Of a stretch of 9,565 nt of DNA, positions 7,199-9,565 are shown piece by piece. Source of the DNA: Rotaria socialis. Lineage: Eukaryota. The number at the start of each line of letters is the position of its first letter. Within the stretch, counting starts at the first letter, position 1. The position numbers and the translations under genes were made by a program. The DNA is taken from positions 1-9,565 of the forward strand of contig CAJNYT010002283.1 in assembly GCA_905331485.1 (NCBI GenBank). Reading direction: 5' to 3'. The notes below the pieces were generated by a model. That model was not told the origin of the DNA and did no database searches. It saw nothing but the letters and a program-made list of their open reading frames with translations.

Positions 7199-8149
7199 GT
7201 AGCCCGCAACAAGTCACAAATAAGTAGCATCGAAGGTGAAATATCAACAGAAAGACAAAAATTAAATAATAATGCTCTTTCTCAAGCCGAACGAGGAGGA
7301 ATTGAAGCACTTATACAAGACCTCGAAACCAAAAAAGCACAGTATGAAGAAGCTAATAACACAATACGGGCAGAAATAAGTATGAAATATTTTGGATCGA
7401 ACACATCTCAAAACTAATTTTCACGTACCTGCCTAAATCTAGTTTGAATATAAATGAAAATTCCGAAAGCTCATGAAGACTATAGATGCTAACGAAATTA
7501 AAAAAAAACATTTTTCTTTCCCAATTATAAATTCGAATTGATAGAGGGCTATCCTATAACTTCGGGACAAAAAAAAAAGAAGTTTTGCTTTTCCTCATTT
7601 TCTCAATTATAAATTTGAACCGAAATGGAACTATCGTATAACTTTGGCAGAAACAAGAAATTTTTTTTTCTCAATCTTCATCGTCACATAATCGATGAAA
7701 TTTAGAATGCAGAAAGAAGAAAAATTAAAATTAAATAAATATAGAGAGATGAAGAGATAGAAATGATGTTGTCTCTCCCAATTCAACAGAAACAATGATG
7801 TTAAATACAACAATGAAAGAAAAGAGTATAATTCCATTCTAATATTAAAAGAAATGAGAAAGAGTAAACATAGTTCAAAAAATATCTATCACACTCCAAT
7901 TCAGTGAGTGCAAAGATGGAGAAAAACAATTGATATCATCCTTATACACGATCGAACAATAGAATAATATTTTCGGGATTTTTCTTTTCGACATTATTTT
8001 TTTCGAGATTTTTTCGGGAATTTCTTTTTTGAGATTATTTGACATAATCGATATTTGAATTGGAATTAGGCAACTCATGTAATTGTTTTTTAGATCTACT
8101 TGAACAACAACGTGAACAACAACTTGAAGAACAGAACAAGGAAAATTGA
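7199..8149 (+). CDS. 3' end of a coiled-coil protein gene: exon 7199-7379, intron 7380-8093, terminal exon 8094-8149 (earlier exons not identified)
   Basis: Polypyrimidine-like acceptor ...CTCTTTTGTTTTATTTAG before 7199; exon reads VARNKSQISSIEGEISTERQKLNNNALSQAERGGIEALIQDLETKKAQYEEANNTIRAEI; donor GTATGA at 7380; acceptor TTGTTTTTTAG ends 8093; in-phase junction A|AT then LLEQQREQQLEEQNKEN-TGA. Heptad-like, Q/E/K-rich on both sides of the intron. Confidence 0.68.
7450..7670 (+). repeat. Diverged ~90-nt tandem repeat inside the intron (2 clear copies, possibly 3)
   Basis: CAATTATAAATTCGAATTGATAGAGGGCTATCCTATAACTTCGGGACAAAAA (from 7522) versus CAATTATAAATTTGAACCGAAATGGAACTATCGTATAACTTTGGCAGAAACA (from 7613), period 91; a weaker copy lies upstream. 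Confidence 0.6.
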
Positions 8150-8184
8150 TAATGAAACCAGAGGAGTTGGAAAAATTTTAATTT

Positions 8185-8190
8185 AATAAA
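8185..8190 (+). promoter_or_regulatory. Candidate polyadenylation signal AATAAA downstream of the coiled-coil gene stop
   Basis: AATAAA 36 nt after the TGA at 8147-8149. The region is AT-rich, so chance occurrence is possible. Confidence 0.35.
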
Positions 8191-9524
8191 TCAAAACTTG
8201 TTTTAGTTATTTAGAAATAATCAAATGAAAATAAAAGAACATTCTTTTTTTTAGTTTTCTCTTATGCTTTTTTTCTCTTTGATTTGGTGCAATCTCTGCT
8301 GTTTTTGTTCTGCATTTTTTTTTGATACATAGTGCTATTCGAAGGCATGGAAGAGTGAGATGTGCATTTTGAGAGAGAAGGGCCATGGTATATATGCTTC
8401 TGATTGTGAGAGATGTTGTCAGAAGAAGATTTTACAATAAAGGTATCACAATTTTCGATCCATATTTATACGGTCATCCTCGGGTTGATGCTATGAATAA
8501 GATAAATATGAATAATTTGTACAACCTCAACCTAATCATAATTTATAACAAAATATTTTTTTATAAACTAAGTTTAAATCAATAACAATAAAAATTTGTT
8601 TTTTCTCTAAATAGAGAATGTAAATAACATCATATTTTTAGCTGCATAAATATCCATTCAGTATTTGAAATATAAATATCAATCTTTATCGATTGATAAA
8701 TAATTTTTTTCTTTTGTTGATTGTAGTTGATGTGTACATACGAGTTGTTAAAAGAAATAAAAGTTTTGTATTTCAGTAATTACCAACACTTTCTACATAT
8801 ATACAAAATATTGACATTTTTCTCATAAATTTTAAATTTATGGATACCTCCAGTGTATGTTTAGCTTTTTATTTCAGAAATTGTATCAGTATTTTGGTTA
8901 AATTTGAACTCTACCATTAGATCTATTAATGGATTTCATAATACTATTTATTGGTAACGTGGGTGAAATTAGTATATGATTTATTGGCAGTTGACAACAT
9001 TAATAACAGCATTGGTTCAGACAGCGATAAATCATACTATCTCAATTATCTGTTATTATTGTAAATTTTTAGTAGATCGATGTTTCTTGTATCACACTTA
9101 ATAATACGAGATTGACAAATGTTGCATAAAATAGAATTTTTGTTGTGTAACATCACAATTTCCATGTGCCTGACATGCATATTCTGGCTGATTCGCCAAT
9201 GTCTTCATAGTTCAGTCTTGACAAGTACGTGAACTTATTATCAAGCATTCAACATTTGCTTTAACAATACCTAAATCGTCTATTTGTATAAATCTAACGA
9301 TATAAAGAATTCATTATTGTACAATAAATAAAAAACGCATACAATGTAGCACTATTTGCTGATAACGATATTTCACAATTAATTAAATAAATTTTGATGA
9401 GTTTAATTTGATAAGAGTTCCCTATTATAACTTGATCAAAATGAGATTCTCATAATGTAAGTTCAGGTTCACCAGTTGTATTACCAACTACAGTTATCTT
9501 TTTCAACTTTTGTACTTTCATCAG

Positions 9525-9565
9525 GTGGGGGGGGGGGGGGGGGGGGGGGGCGGGGGGGGGGGGGG
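9525..9565 (+). other. Terminal homopolymer G run, likely sequencing/assembly artefact
   Basis: Almost uninterrupted G (one C) at the very end of the window, out of character with the AT-rich sequence before it. Confidence 0.85.

Noticed and set aside
7631-8078. Minus-strand ORFs of 68 and 67 aa
   Set aside because: Located in the intron/repeat region, AT-rich, no recognisable features.
8385-8585. 66-aa ORF MVYMLLIVRDVVRR...
   Set aside because: Short, no family resemblance, in an AT-rich intergenic region.
1-9565. Prokaryotic-style defence system, CRISPR array or operon
   Set aside because: No regularly spaced identical repeats, no clustered long ORFs, clear introns and eukaryotic transposons; the context is eukaryotic.

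Overview
AT-rich eukaryotic, intron-containing DNA that looks like animal DNA and is probably from a bdelloid rotifer (taxon is inference only). There is no operon, CRISPR array, tRNA or rRNA that I can support. Coding content is fragmentary: (i) an edge-truncated flavin amine oxidase-like fragment (1-525); (ii) an acidic ORF cut at its 5' side by a TTAA-flanked transposon and carrying an in-frame TAG, after which the same frame continues 21 more codons; (iii) a single FG-GAP/VCBS-like repeat fragment (3757-3858); (iv) a two-exon coiled-coil 3' gene end (7199-7379 joined to 8094-8149). Most of the rest is a mosaic of non-autonomous DNA transposons whose boundaries can be read directly: an 880-bp TTAA-flanked element with an internal long palindrome (830-1709); a hAT-like element (2612-3715) with a second hAT-like MITE (3009-3183, perfect 8-bp target site duplication CGTATTGG) nested inside it; a third hAT-like element (3979-5123, 7/8 duplication AACCAGCC/ATCCAGCC); a ~393-bp foldback element with TA at both ends (5189-5581); and an 812-bp mariner-like foldback element (6133-6944). 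The window ends in a ~40-nt poly-G run that is probably a sequencing/assembly artefact. I see no evidence for a new multi-gene system. The most interesting material is the transposon architecture and the damaged ORF at 1712-2224.
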